DNA of 64,000 bases, from the IMG/VR virus record IMGVR_UViG_3300008108_000181, positions 1-64,000 of that record; one strand, written 5' to 3'. Origin of the DNA: a virus. Of this stretch, positions 30,731-40,534 are shown in pieces. A program made the translations under genes and the position numbers. Position 1 is the stretch's first letter. Each line of letters begins with the position of its first letter. Under the pieces are notes generated by a model. The model saw nothing but the letters and a program-made list of their open reading frames with translations. It was not told the origin of the DNA and searched no databases.

Positions 30731-30742
30731 AATTCTATATCT

Positions 30743-31846
30743 TTATTCGTAAATTGAAACGTGCATAGGGTCATTTCTTTTTAACCATGTCATTCCTACT
30801 GATTGAAAAATGCTGGCTACTTGTAAAAAACCCTTATCAAAATCGTTAAAACTTCTTACTTTAGTGTTTCCTTTGTATATACCATCATCTTTAAATGATA
30901 CTCCATATGGATATCGTACACTATTCATGTCAATAGCAGTTCCCCATGCATGGTTTGATAATCGAGTACCACCAGTAACATTTCTAACTGCTAGACCACC
31001 TGCACAATTTTCTATATATTTTTGTAATTTTTTTTCTCTGATTACTTTTAGAGCAGGTTCAACTATTGCAGCTAAATCTTTATGAATTGTTATTTTTTTA
31101 TCACCACTCGATATCGGAAACAATATTTGTGTACAATTTGTTTTAATATAATCAGGGTTTTGTTTATACCAACGGCGAGTACCTTCAGTACTTGAAACTT
31201 CAAAGTTAGGAGCAGGACCAGGACCAATTGCTGGCCAATAACCATTACCACACTTTTCTAATAATTTGAAATCACCACCAGTACCAGTTGTAGTAGTTGG
31301 TCCAGTTTGAGTAGAACCTCCAGTATCCGAAGATTGTTGTCCTGAATTAGATTGTTGTATTTCTCGTTGATTTGAAAAAACTTGTTCTCTATCCACATTT
31401 TTATTATGAGATAATGCTGCAGATGTACTACTAAATTGACTTTCGTATATTCTTTGAGTTTTTGGATACTCTATTGTTATATCTTTCTGAATTGTTTCAG
31501 CCTCTTCTACTTCTTCAGCAGTGAATAATTCTATAATTTGTTGAAGAAGTGAACCTCCCCCTGAAATCGGAGTCCAATATGCTTGAAAAGCTTTACCCAT
31601 GTTGGTAATGATAGCATGTTCACCGGATGATTGTTGAAATGCAGTATTCAAAACTCCACCCAATACTTGTTCCATTGCTGCAGTATTTCCTTCTTGAAGA
31701 GTTATTCCATTTACAGTATCAAACCCTCTTTTAATTAATGCATCATATTCTTGTACTAATTTTTTAGCAAATTGTTCTTTAAATGCTATATTTGGTTGGT
31801 TTCGCATAAAAACCAACATATTTTGTTTAAAGATTTCGTATGACAT
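30743..31846 (-). CDS. Virion-associated M15-family peptidoglycan peptidase
   Basis: VRNVTGGTRLSNHAWGTAIDMN...W....DPMHVS matches the M15 SxH..G.AxD...H zinc motif. Confidence 0.8.
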   Translation of the reverse strand: MSYEIFKQNMLVFMRNQPNIAFKEQFAKKLVQEYDALIKRGFDTVNGITLQEGNTAAMEQVLGGVLNTAFQQSSGEHAIITNMGKAFQAYWTPISGGGSLLQQIIELFTAEEVEEAETIQKDITIEYPKTQRIYESQFSSTSAALSHNKNVDREQVFSNQREIQQSNSGQQSSDTGGSTQTGPTTTTGTGGDFKLLEKCGNGYWPAIGPGPAPNFEVSSTEGTRRWYKQNPDYIKTNCTQILFPISSGDKKITIHKDLAAIVEPALKVIREKKLQKYIENCAGGLAVRNVTGGTRLSNHAWGTAIDMNSVRYPYGVSFKDDGIYKGNTKVRSFNDFDKGFLQVASIFQSVGMTWLKRNDPMHVSIYE

Positions 31847-31847
31847 T

Positions 31848-33083
31848 TTATTCAGTATAATTTAAAGTAGATAACATTTCTGATAACCTTGCTTTTAAAG
31901 AATTTAATTGTGCCCTATTTTCAGGACCTGTTGCAGTTGGACCAGATGGAGTTCGATATACTTGTGAGTTAATCAAATCAATCATAGTAGATAAAATTTC
32001 TTTTAGAATATTACCCCTAACTAATGGTTGGGACGAACTATTAGTGTTTAACAATATTTTACCACTACCTGTATTTAGTGTAATGTTAGAATTACTTCGG
32101 GATGTGGTTATATTTACATTACCACCAAAATCTAAATCTGCACCAAGACCGTTATCAATTGAAAATTTACCATCAGATATAAATCCATAATCGCCTTTTG
32201 AATGAAACACCATTTGACCTGTCTTTGCAGAAATTATAATTTTACCACTATTGATTAGTAAATGGTCATCACCCTTGAGCGGATTTGGGTATGAGGAAAA
32301 TTTACTTGGAGTGATAGATGTTGTTGCAGTAAATGGTATTTGGTAATCCCCACTTGATAAAACAATAACACTACCATCACTATTCACATTTTCTTCAGTT
32401 ATATCACCTTCTTTTAATGATGATATAGTTTGTGAATCTTGTCTATTACGAATTATTATAGTTGGTGAATATACATTATTTGCATTGTTATATGCACTAA
32501 ATCTGATTGATTGACCAAATCTGGTTTGTATCAATTTATCACCTTCGTATAATTTTAATCTATTTATTGGATTTGACCTAAAATACTTTCCAAAATCACT
32601 TGTTTCAGAAGTTTCATTCGCAGTATTTCCAAGTGGAGTTCCTGTCTGTGCCGATTCTTTTATAGATGCATCAACTGCAATTTTTTCTTTTTTATCGTAA
32701 ATTACATCAGCTCTTTTTTTAATAGCATTTCCAGTATTCAATGAAAATCCTGGTATTCTTCTATAATATTCAATCGAACCGACCATTACCAATTCAACTG
32801 ATTCTCCAATTACTGGTAATTCAGTATCCGATGGATTTAGACATGGATACATATTTAATTGTTCGTTTGGAGTTGTACTATCTGAATATTTTCGTACTAT
32901 AGCATAACCTACAAAAGTTGTATTTTTTTCTGTAAATGCCGTTTGAAAATCTTTTTTGTTTTTTATTCTTGGGTGGGTCTCATCCAAAATTACATCAACA
33001 ACAACACCAGTACTTGTGGATGCAATTGCAGTTTGTTTATTAGTACCACTCGATATATTTGATTGTTGTATTCTAGTACTCAT
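31848..33083 (-). CDS. Baseplate central spike / gp5-gpV-like protein
   Basis: OB-fold-like start (LPVIGESVEL), EGDKLIQTRFGQSIRF, beta-strand repeats, C-terminal PLVRG...TPSGPT. Confidence 0.65.
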   Translation of the reverse strand: MSTRIQQSNISSGTNKQTAIASTSTGVVVDVILDETHPRIKNKKDFQTAFTEKNTTFVGYAIVRKYSDSTTPNEQLNMYPCLNPSDTELPVIGESVELVMVGSIEYYRRIPGFSLNTGNAIKKRADVIYDKKEKIAVDASIKESAQTGTPLGNTANETSETSDFGKYFRSNPINRLKLYEGDKLIQTRFGQSIRFSAYNNANNVYSPTIIIRNRQDSQTISSLKEGDITEENVNSDGSVIVLSSGDYQIPFTATTSITPSKFSSYPNPLKGDDHLLINSGKIIISAKTGQMVFHSKGDYGFISDGKFSIDNGLGADLDFGGNVNITTSRSNSNITLNTGSGKILLNTNSSSQPLVRGNILKEILSTMIDLINSQVYRTPSGPTATGPENRAQLNSLKARLSEMLSTLNYTE

Positions 33084-33496
33084 TACTTTTTATTAATTTT
33101 TTGTTTCAATTCTTCTACTTCGTAAGTTAATTCATCAACTTTTTGGTCTTGGACATCTACTACTTCTTTAGCAGTTAATTCGATTTCTTTTAGTAATTGT
33201 TCCTTTTCCTCATCACTTAGGAATCCAGCATCACCTTCTGATTTATGTTGAGAAGACATGATTCTTTGTGCAATTGCAGCAAGTTTAATTAATGCATCAT
33301 CATTCTTAACTGATGTATCTACTAAATCTTTTATGATTGGACCAATCACCGCCATATCTCCTGCATGTCTGATTACTTTTTTCATCTCTGCAATCAATTC
33401 GGAGATTCGTTGTTTTTTATTTACTTGGTTATCGTAAATATCCTTAAATAGACCAGAAAGGTTCTTACCAGGAAATAATTCAAAATCTGTACTCAT
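33083..33496 (-). CDS. Hypothetical helical protein
   Basis: 137-aa ORF with a late motif at 33517-33527. Confidence 0.7.
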   Translation of the reverse strand: MSTDFELFPGKNLSGLFKDIYDNQVNKKQRISELIAEMKKVIRHAGDMAVIGPIIKDLVDTSVKNDDALIKLAAIAQRIMSSQHKSEGDAGFLSDEEKEQLLKEIELTAKEVVDVQDQKVDELTYEVEELKQKINKK

Positions 33497-33535
33497 GATT
33501 TTACCATATTATGTTGTATATAAATATAGTAAACG

Positions 33536-33562
33536 AAAAAACCTCACCGAAGTGAGGTTTTT
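33536..33562 (-). terminator. Rho-independent terminator with a UUCG tetraloop
   Basis: AAAAACCTCAC-TTCG-GTGAGGTTTTTT on the minus strand. Confidence 0.85.
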
Positions 33563-33569
33563 ATCTAAT

Positions 33570-33989
33570 TTACTTTTTTATATTGACCCTTTTTTTGTTG
33601 GGATTTAATGGTTTGTTTTGCCATTCTTTTTCATCAATACCATCCATTTTACCATCTCCATCTTCATCGACTTCGATACCAATTCTTGGTTCTTGTTTTA
33701 CAATTTCAGGTTCAACAATTTCAACTTCTTTTACGATTGGTTTGATTGGTGTAGAGGGCTCGGGTGAATCATCACCCATCGTATTAGAAAGTGAAACTCC
33801 ATCTTCTTCATCCATTTTTTGAACCAACATCTTATCCTTATCTGTATCACTAAACCAATAATCTATAATCTTACCATACGAACCAATGAAGGCACCCAAC
33901 ATTAATAATAGTAGTTCTTTCCATTCTTGACCTACTATTGTTTCAGTATGATTTAATAAATCCTTAAATCCAGAACTTTGATTTTCCAT
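33570..33989 (-). CDS. Hypothetical membrane protein, possibly internally deleted
   Basis: Hydrophobic WKELLLLMLGAFIGSYGKIIDYWF segment and a DEDGDG Ca-binding-like loop. Late motif at 34012-34022. Confidence 0.55.
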   Translation of the reverse strand: MENQSSGFKDLLNHTETIVGQEWKELLLLMLGAFIGSYGKIIDYWFSDTDKDKMLVQKMDEEDGVSLSNTMGDDSPEPSTPIKPIVKEVEIVEPEIVKQEPRIGIEVDEDGDGKMDGIDEKEWQNKPLNPNKKRVNIKK

Positions 33990-34027
33990 TTATGTAATCT
34001 CCTATTTTTTACATATAAATATAAAAT

Positions 34028-34054
34028 AAAAAACCCAAGTATTAACTTGGGTTT
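34028..34054 (-). terminator. Rho-independent terminator
   Basis: AAACCCAAGT-TAAT-ACTTGGGTTT followed by a T-tract. Confidence 0.75.
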
Positions 34055-34087
34055 AATTTTTTGTTAGTTTTTATACTCTGAGTATAA

Positions 34088-35806
34088 TTATATTATCTTT
34101 TTTCGAACTATATAATTGTGTAATACTAAAGTATCCATTTCACAATTCAAAAATGTTTTAACTGCAGTTTCTGGGTCTAACACCATAGTTTGATCTTTTA
34201 AGTTAAATGAAGTGTTGAGGACAATTGGATAACCATTATCTATTTCCAATTGATTTAACAATCTATACATTCGTGATTGTTGTCTATTATTCAATGTTTG
34301 AATTCTTGCAGAACCATCAATGTGAGTAATTGCTGGTAAATTCTTTCTATGTTCTTCTTTCACTTTCACTACTTGATTCATATATGGAACCAAATGTTTA
34401 TAATCAAAGTACTTTAATCGTTCTTCTTCTTTTATAATTGGTGCAAATGGTCTAAACCCTTCTCTTTTTTTAATTACACGATTTACTCGTGCTTTCATTT
34501 GTGGGTCTCTTGGATTAGCCAAAATAGAACGATTCCCAAGGGCTCGAGAACCAAATTCCATTCTCCCCTCGAACCAACCAATGACATTTCCATCAGTAAT
34601 TTCTCTACTGATGATTGGAATAATTTCTGAATGATTTTTATATTCATACCAAACTTCATTTTCGTGTTTATCTAATACTTCTTTTATTTTTTCATTTGTA
34701 TACGAAGGCCCCAAATAAGGATTTGTATTTACTACTCTATTTTTGTTATTTAATTGATTATACCAATAATAAAGAGCAGAACCAATAGCAGAACCAGCAT
34801 CAGATGGTGCAGGTGGAATCCACAATCCCTTGAATGGTGTCATATCGGTAATCTTCCCATTTGCAGTTCCATTGTATGCACACCCACCACTCAGACAAAC
34901 ATTATTAGCAGGTCTTAATGCAATTGCACGATTTAATAATCTAAAAAAATAATGTTCGTACTCGTGTTGTAATGTTGCAGCTAAATCTTTATGGTCTTGT
35001 GTAATTTCCTCATCGGGTAATCTATTAGGGAATCCAAACAACTCTCCCAATTTCTCGTTAAACATAGATTTATCATCCCAATCATAGGTAAAATAATCCA
35101 TATTGATTTTATATCCACCATCATCGGTAGATGAAATCAAATGAGAAAATTTAGATAAATATTTTTTGTAATCACCATACGGTGCAAGACCCATTACTTT
35201 GTATTCACCTTCATTTGGTTTGAATCCAAGAAATGCGGTAAATACTGAGTATAACATTCCTAAAGAATGTGGGAACTCTACACTTTGAAGTTTAATTATT
35301 CTATTCTCTTCACCATAAGCAATTACGGTAGTTTCCCACTCACCTACCCCATCTACCGAAACAATCATTGCTCTCTCGTAGGGTGATGTATAGAATGAAT
35401 ATGCTAAATGTGAGAGGTGGTGTTCGGTGTGAAACAATTCTGAATTAGGAAATAATTTCTTAATCTTTTTTTCTACCTTTTTGTATTCTTGTTTATTATT
35501 GTAGATAATTTTTTGTCTATTAATTTCATTAACGAACCCACCACGTTTTGTAGATTTTTCAATTCTATCAATTTTCAATTCGGGTAGTTCATAAAAAGTA
35601 ACTACATTAATATCGTTAGGAGTAATTCCTTCGTTTTCTAATAACCAAGTTATAGTATTAATTGGAAATGAAGAATCATGCTTTATACCAGTAAATCTTT
35701 CCTCTTCAACTGCACCTACAACCTCACCATTTTTAATGAGAGCAGCAGCAGAATCATGATAACCAGAACTTATTCCTAAAATATAAAAATTATTCACTTT
35801 CATCAA
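34088..35806 (-). CDS. Carbamoyltransferase (NodU/CmcH/TobZ family)
   Basis: YHDSAAAL...EEERF...KH, EHHLSH, DGVGE, EYKVMGLAPYG, LSGGCAYN, EFGSRALGNRSILA and LNTSFN. Confidence 0.93.
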   Translation of the reverse strand: MMKVNNFYILGISSGYHDSAAALIKNGEVVGAVEEERFTGIKHDSSFPINTITWLLENEGITPNDINVVTFYELPELKIDRIEKSTKRGGFVNEINRQKIIYNNKQEYKKVEKKIKKLFPNSELFHTEHHLSHLAYSFYTSPYERAMIVSVDGVGEWETTVIAYGEENRIIKLQSVEFPHSLGMLYSVFTAFLGFKPNEGEYKVMGLAPYGDYKKYLSKFSHLISSTDDGGYKINMDYFTYDWDDKSMFNEKLGELFGFPNRLPDEEITQDHKDLAATLQHEYEHYFFRLLNRAIALRPANNVCLSGGCAYNGTANGKITDMTPFKGLWIPPAPSDAGSAIGSALYYWYNQLNNKNRVVNTNPYLGPSYTNEKIKEVLDKHENEVWYEYKNHSEIIPIISREITDGNVIGWFEGRMEFGSRALGNRSILANPRDPQMKARVNRVIKKREGFRPFAPIIKEEERLKYFDYKHLVPYMNQVVKVKEEHRKNLPAITHIDGSARIQTLNNRQQSRMYRLLNQLEIDNGYPIVLNTSFNLKDQTMVLDPETAVKTFLNCEMDTLVLHNYIVRKKII

Positions 35807-36554
35807 ATATATCGTCTTCGAATTCTATATTAGATACATCAATCCAAAATGGTTTTTCTTTTACTGAAAATTCTCCATTTTCTAAATACTCATTTAACAT
35901 TTTTTTCTGATGTTGTTTCATTACATTTACCACTTTGGTAATATAATGTGTTTTACAATCAGTCATTTCTCTAATAAGTAGATAAAGATGTTTTTTATTA
36001 AAATTTTCTATATACTGACTTCTACGAAACAATTCTAATACTGCATCTGCTATTTGAATATCTCTTTTCTTATTAAAGACAGTAGCAAGATGTTTATCCC
36101 AATACTCTAACATTATCTCATTAAACTCTCTAAACTCACCTGCCTCTTCAGTTTCATAAAAATCATTTTCGGGATTCCAACTCTCAGGCATTTCTGATAC
36201 AAGAGCGTTTTGTTTCCATCTTTTAAAATTACCATTGTTTTTTAAGATAAGATGATTCTTTGCAATAATACTAAAATAAGAAAATGCCCTACCTTTGTTT
36301 TCTTTATACATATGTATTTTTTCAATCATAGTAGATACAACCTCTGCCTGAATATCTTTTTTAGGTGAATCAAAGTATGAAAACTTAAATGTATTAAGAA
36401 CATTTTCTGCTAACTTTTCAAACGGATATTTAATTCTTTCTTCATAGATTCTTGACCGTTTGATTGGGTCTTTTGTTTTATTGTATTCTACTATTGCATC
36501 TTGTGCAGGAGTACCAAAATAAATTTTATCTTTTGGTTTTCTTTGTTTCATCAT
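35790..36554 (-). CDS. Putative late-transcription sigma factor (T4 gp55-like)
   Basis: Region-2-like KLAENV...F.Y...DIQAEVV....KIHMY...KGRAFSYFSIIAKNHLI. Confidence 0.6.
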   Translation of the reverse strand: MMKQRKPKDKIYFGTPAQDAIVEYNKTKDPIKRSRIYEERIKYPFEKLAENVLNTFKFSYFDSPKKDIQAEVVSTMIEKIHMYKENKGRAFSYFSIIAKNHLILKNNGNFKRWKQNALVSEMPESWNPENDFYETEEAGEFREFNEIMLEYWDKHLATVFNKKRDIQIADAVLELFRRSQYIENFNKKHLYLLIREMTDCKTHYITKVVNVMKQHQKKMLNEYLENGEFSVKEKPFWIDVSNIEFEDDIFDESE

Positions 36555-36555
36555 A

Positions 36556-36819
36556 TTATAATTCTTGATTTAGATCTTCGATAATGTTTTTTAGTTGCTC
36601 GAACGTGGCACCAACCTCATCATCTTTTTCAAAAACTTCTCGGTTATCAATATCTCTCATTTGTTGTAATGTAGTTTCAATTTTAATACGAGTTCCTTCC
36701 ACAACATCGGTTAGAGTATCTTCAAGTTCTTCGTTTTGTTTGATAAGGTTTCTTAAACCAATTCCCAAAACAATATTAAGTATAGCTAATAAAACAAGGA
36801 GTGTATAAACTAATTCCAT
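36556..36819 (-). CDS. Hypothetical membrane-anchored coiled-coil protein
   Basis: N-terminal hydrophobic helix. Confidence 0.65.
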   Translation of the reverse strand: MELVYTLLVLLAILNIVLGIGLRNLIKQNEELEDTLTDVVEGTRIKIETTLQQMRDIDNREVFEKDDEVGATFEQLKNIIEDLNQEL

Positions 36820-36822
36820 AAA

Positions 36823-37200
36823 TTAAATTGTTTTGATAGAAGATTTGATATTTTGAAGTAATTGTAACTCATTCTGAAATACTTTCTTTTCAAATTCTTC
36901 TCTATCTTTTTCAATATAATTCCTCACAACATTAATAACATAATCGTTAAATGGCAGTGGGGATTGCGCAACATAGGTAAATTTGTGATTAGTGATTGTC
37001 ACCGAAGTATCTCCAACTTTTACATAGTATCCCAATCGTTTGTTAGAGATATAATACTTACCACTAATTGGAGCAGTGATACATTCAGTATCTTCATCAT
37101 CAAAAAGTAATCCAATAATATCAATTACTAATTGTTCGTGTTCTTGTGGTTTAAATGATGGGATAATTTTTTCTTTAAATTTGGTAAATAAGGATTTCAT
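36823..37200 (-). CDS. Hypothetical protein
   Basis: 125-aa ORF in operon spacing. Confidence 0.65.
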   Translation of the reverse strand: MKSLFTKFKEKIIPSFKPQEHEQLVIDIIGLLFDDEDTECITAPISGKYYISNKRLGYYVKVGDTSVTITNHKFTYVAQSPLPFNDYVINVVRNYIEKDREEFEKKVFQNELQLLQNIKSSIKTI

Positions 37201-37206
37201 AACTTT

Positions 37207-37767
37207 TTAGAATTTAGATTTAAGATTTTGATTTTGAATAATTTCTTGTAGTTTTAAAATGTAATTAGGGTCTTCTGCATACGAAGATGAGAGATATGAA
37301 AAATAATCACTCTCACTTTTTAATTTATGAAGATATGTTGATGAATACAATGCATAATCATATACCGATTCTGTCCAAGTATCATAATACGCATGACCGT
37401 GTTGTGTTCCACCTGCAGTATTAATTCGTGTCACTGCTTGTTTCATTCCAAAAAGGTTGTTGTTCTCATTAAACATTTTGGATGTAAAATGTGCAGTTTC
37501 CAATTTGGCCTGAGCTAATACGATGTGTGGGAATTTGAAATTTAACTCTTTGATTTTAGAAATCAATTTTTCTTCGGAGAACTCATTTTGTTTTGCAAAA
37601 ATTAATTCAACCTCCCTTTCAGTTAAATCACCATTTTTGTAATTATTGATTTGTGAAATGGCACCGATTGAAACGAGTACCGAAACTACAAATGTAAATT
37701 TAAATAAATGGTTTGAGAATTTAATTTTTCTAAAATCTCTTGTTTTTTTGTCATAAATGTAAATCAT
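37207..37767 (-). CDS. Membrane-anchored GH73-like glucosaminidase (peptidoglycan hydrolase)
   Basis: LAQAKLETA...NNLFGMK...YAEDPNY, with an N-terminal TM helix. Confidence 0.8.
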   Translation of the reverse strand: MIYIYDKKTRDFRKIKFSNHLFKFTFVVSVLVSIGAISQINNYKNGDLTEREVELIFAKQNEFSEEKLISKIKELNFKFPHIVLAQAKLETAHFTSKMFNENNNLFGMKQAVTRINTAGGTQHGHAYYDTWTESVYDYALYSSTYLHKLKSESDYFSYLSSSYAEDPNYILKLQEIIQNQNLKSKF

Positions 37768-37790
37768 AATAGTTTAAATTTGTTACTCTA

Positions 37791-37822
37791 CAAAGATACG
37801 AAAAAAAACCCAAACTACCAAA
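37791..37822 (-). promoter_or_regulatory. Bacteroidota-type promoter (-33 TTTG / -7 TAnnTTTG)
   Basis: Minus strand TTTGGTAGTTTGGG...CGTATCTTTG. Confidence 0.65.
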
Positions 37823-37838
37823 TTCTAAGGTAATTTTT

Positions 37839-38096
37839 TTATGCCTCACCAATATCATTTCCCATAAACATTGTCATGGTATTCATTTTTTTGGAGGCCA
37901 AGTTCAACTCTTGGACTTGTTTATTTAGTATTGTAAGATTATTTTGAATCTTATCATTTACTTTATCTGAATCAATTACATTGGTTTCTACCAATTCATC
38001 AAAAATGGCACTTAAAGTAATTTCTAGTGTTAGAATTCTTTCAAACAAAATAGTAATCTCATCTTTCGATTGAGTTGGTTTACTTTTAGAAGTCAT
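37839..38096 (-). CDS. Hypothetical protein
   Basis: 85-aa ORF overlapping its upstream neighbour. Confidence 0.6.
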   Translation of the reverse strand: MTSKSKPTQSKDEITILFERILTLEITLSAIFDELVETNVIDSDKVNDKIQNNLTILNKQVQELNLASKKMNTMTMFMGNDIGEA

Positions 38097-38346
38097 AAGA
38101 TGATGAATAGTTTAGTGCAGATTTTAAAAAATCTTGAAAATGGATATCGAGATCTGAATCATAAACATTTTCTCCAAATGAGTTTTTTATGGTTGATTCG
38201 GCAAATCCAATTGCTGCAGCCAATCTCGTACAAATGATTTTGTATTCGTGAATATTGAAGTCATCGGGTATGGTTAGTTCAATTTGTGATGCTTCTCTGC
38301 AATCTTTTAACAAATCATCGGTATATTTAAATATAAGTTTTGCCAT
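38086..38346 (-). CDS. Hypothetical protein
   Basis: 86-aa ORF. Confidence 0.6.
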   Translation of the reverse strand: MAKLIFKYTDDLLKDCREASQIELTIPDDFNIHEYKIICTRLAAAIGFAESTIKNSFGENVYDSDLDIHFQDFLKSALNYSSSYDF

Positions 38347-38357
38347 AATAAATACAA

Positions 38358-38969
38358 TTATAGTACTTCTACTCCTTGAATTAGTTGAGCCTTTTTGTAC
38401 TTCATGAACTCGGTTTCACCGTTTGGTAATTTAACCATTACCATTTCATTTCTACCATATTTCTTTGGTGCATAAAAAGTTGGATTGTATCGTCTGATTG
38501 GGTCGGTAATCAACACACCATTCAAGTGGTCAATTTCGTGTTGTGCGCAAACACTTTCCAACAATCCCATATCATTAAAAAATTCATTACCATCTTTCCA
38601 ATTACCAACTACATTATCCGGCCCGAATACAACTCTTCCCAAATTATCACATTCAATTGTGATTGATTTATGTCTAACTGTCTTTATGGGTTTTCTCATA
38701 GTTTTTGGTATGGATAAACATTGTTCTACATACGCAACTGTGTCTTGTGATGCTTCTACTATTCGTGGGTTAATCAATACAAGCGGTTCGATTACATTAA
38801 CCACACATGCCCTAACATCTAATCCGATTTGGGTTGCCGATAAGCCAATACCACCATAAGTTTTTAAACCATCAAGAAGTTTGACTGATATATCATCAAT
38901 TTGTTCTTGTGTGAATGAACTTGGTTCAATTCTTTTTTGTAATTTTGAAGGGTTTTTAATAAGTGTCAT
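38358..38969 (-). CDS. def: Peptide deformylase
   Basis: GIGLSATQIG, EQCLS (EGCLS variant) and QHEIDHLNG. Start moved to MTLIKN. Confidence 0.88.
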   Translation of the reverse strand: MTLIKNPSKLQKRIEPSSFTQEQIDDISVKLLDGLKTYGGIGLSATQIGLDVRACVVNVIEPLVLINPRIVEASQDTVAYVEQCLSIPKTMRKPIKTVRHKSITIECDNLGRVVFGPDNVVGNWKDGNEFFNDMGLLESVCAQHEIDHLNGVLITDPIRRYNPTFYAPKKYGRNEMVMVKLPNGETEFMKYKKAQLIQGVEVL

Positions 38970-38970
38970 A

Positions 38971-39279
38971 TTATTTTGTTTTATGTGGGTGATATGGGTC
39001 AATAAAGGTTGATTTGTAATACTCATCAGTATATTCTACTTCAGGTGGAAAAATTGAAGATTTTGTTTTATCAACAAGAGTTCTTTCTGAAAGTGGTGAA
39101 CCCAACGGCCTTTGATAAATAGTCTCACCCTTATCAGGGGATTCGTAAATAAATTTACCTTCTACTAATTTCATATATTCTTGTATTTTTTCTTGATGTT
39201 CGTAATACAATTTCCTAACTTGTTTACCCAATTCCATATCATTTGAATACTGATTAACTAATTCGATTATTTCTTTCAT
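38971..39279 (-). CDS. Hypothetical protein
   Basis: Start at MKEIIELVNQ overlaps the upstream stop (ATGA). Contains a YESPDKGETIYQR motif. Confidence 0.6.
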   Translation of the reverse strand: MKEIIELVNQYSNDMELGKQVRKLYYEHQEKIQEYMKLVEGKFIYESPDKGETIYQRPLGSPLSERTLVDKTKSSIFPPEVEYTDEYYKSTFIDPYHPHKTK

Positions 39280-39752
39280 TCTGCTAAATTTAAATATTTT
39301 TCTAATAGCCAAGATGATGATTGAACTTTATCACCAAGACCCCATACCGAATCGATTCCTAATGAATCACATACTGCATTTTCAGGAGTTGTGGTTTCAG
39401 TTCTATCTCCACCATTACCAAATGCTACAGCACCTTTTAGTAATTCTCCATTTTCTTTTATATACTTTCGTTTGGATGCGTTAATAAAATCAATCGCTGT
39501 ATTATCCAAATGGTCCTTTGGATTCATAACATAAACCCAATCCACGTTTTTAAGATTACTCATTATGAATGCTCGTTCTTGTTCGTTCATGAATGACCTT
39601 CCTTTTTTTCGTGTCAACCATGCATCGTTATTTAAACCAATCCAAACTTCATCTGCTAGTTCTTTTGCGTTGTTGATACATTCAATGTGGCCTTTATGAA
39701 CAGGGTCAAATCCACCACTAATTAAAATTACTTTATATTTTTTTTGTTCCAT
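39276..39752 (-). CDS. Cytidylyltransferase-family nucleotidyltransferase (TagD/RfaE-II-like)
   Basis: SGGFDPVHKGH (HxGH), NGGDR and KVQSSSW. Confidence 0.85.
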   Translation of the reverse strand: MEQKKYKVILISGGFDPVHKGHIECINNAKELADEVWIGLNNDAWLTRKKGRSFMNEQERAFIMSNLKNVDWVYVMNPKDHLDNTAIDFINASKRKYIKENGELLKGAVAFGNGGDRTETTTPENAVCDSLGIDSVWGLGDKVQSSSWLLEKYLNLAE

Positions 39753-39791
39753 AAGTGTAAAGATACGAAATTATTTTTAATTAAACAAGTT

Positions 39792-40529
39792 TTATGTAAA
39801 ATTACTAATGTGTAATTTATAATTTGGTTGAGCTTCGTTGTGAATTTGTATATATCGTTTGGCATATTTTGAACTTCTATCTTGAGTTATTAATTTGATA
39901 GAATTATCATTTAGTGCAGCTGCAAAATTTCGATGCCATTCACGAATTAAAAATGTTTTAAGTTTTAAAGTTTTCCAATTAAAATTATTTTCTATTATTT
40001 TATTTCCAATAGGAATGTGTGATGCTGGGTCATTATTATCTTTAAATAAATTTACAAATCGTTTTACTGTTTTAAAATCACCACCCATGTAATAATCATT
40101 AATCCAAAATTCATCAATTTTAGCAGGACCACCTGTCTGAACATAAAGAGTATCAGGATTCCACTCTTGAGTTAGTATTGTATGCCAATCACTTACCATA
40201 TCACAACGATGTAAAAATACTTTATCATATTTTTCTTCATCAGTTACGGAGTTAATACCTGTAATCCAATGATGGTACATCTTTTTTGAGTTATGAATAT
40301 GTTTCTCACCAAAATAAATGTAATCATTTAATAATAATTTAATATTTGGTACTAATTTATAAACTAAATCAATTTCTTTTTGAGATAACTGAAAGTTTCT
40401 TCCATGAGTTTTTAAAATTTTCCAAGTTGAAAAAATAACATCAACTTTATCTAAATCAAATAATTGTTGTGGAATTACGGGAAATGTTCTAAATTCCCCA
40501 AAAAAAATAAAAAGATTTTTTTTTTCCAT
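39792..40529 (-). CDS. Hypothetical protein, possibly glycosyltransferase-like
   Basis: FFGEFRTF...DVIFSTW...YDKVFLHRCD...INDYY pattern. Confidence 0.45.
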   Translation of the reverse strand: MEKKNLFIFFGEFRTFPVIPQQLFDLDKVDVIFSTWKILKTHGRNFQLSQKEIDLVYKLVPNIKLLLNDYIYFGEKHIHNSKKMYHHWITGINSVTDEEKYDKVFLHRCDMVSDWHTILTQEWNPDTLYVQTGGPAKIDEFWINDYYMGGDFKTVKRFVNLFKDNNDPASHIPIGNKIIENNFNWKTLKLKTFLIREWHRNFAAALNDNSIKLITQDRSSKYAKRYIQIHNEAQPNYKLHISNFT

Positions 40530-40534
40530 AAATG

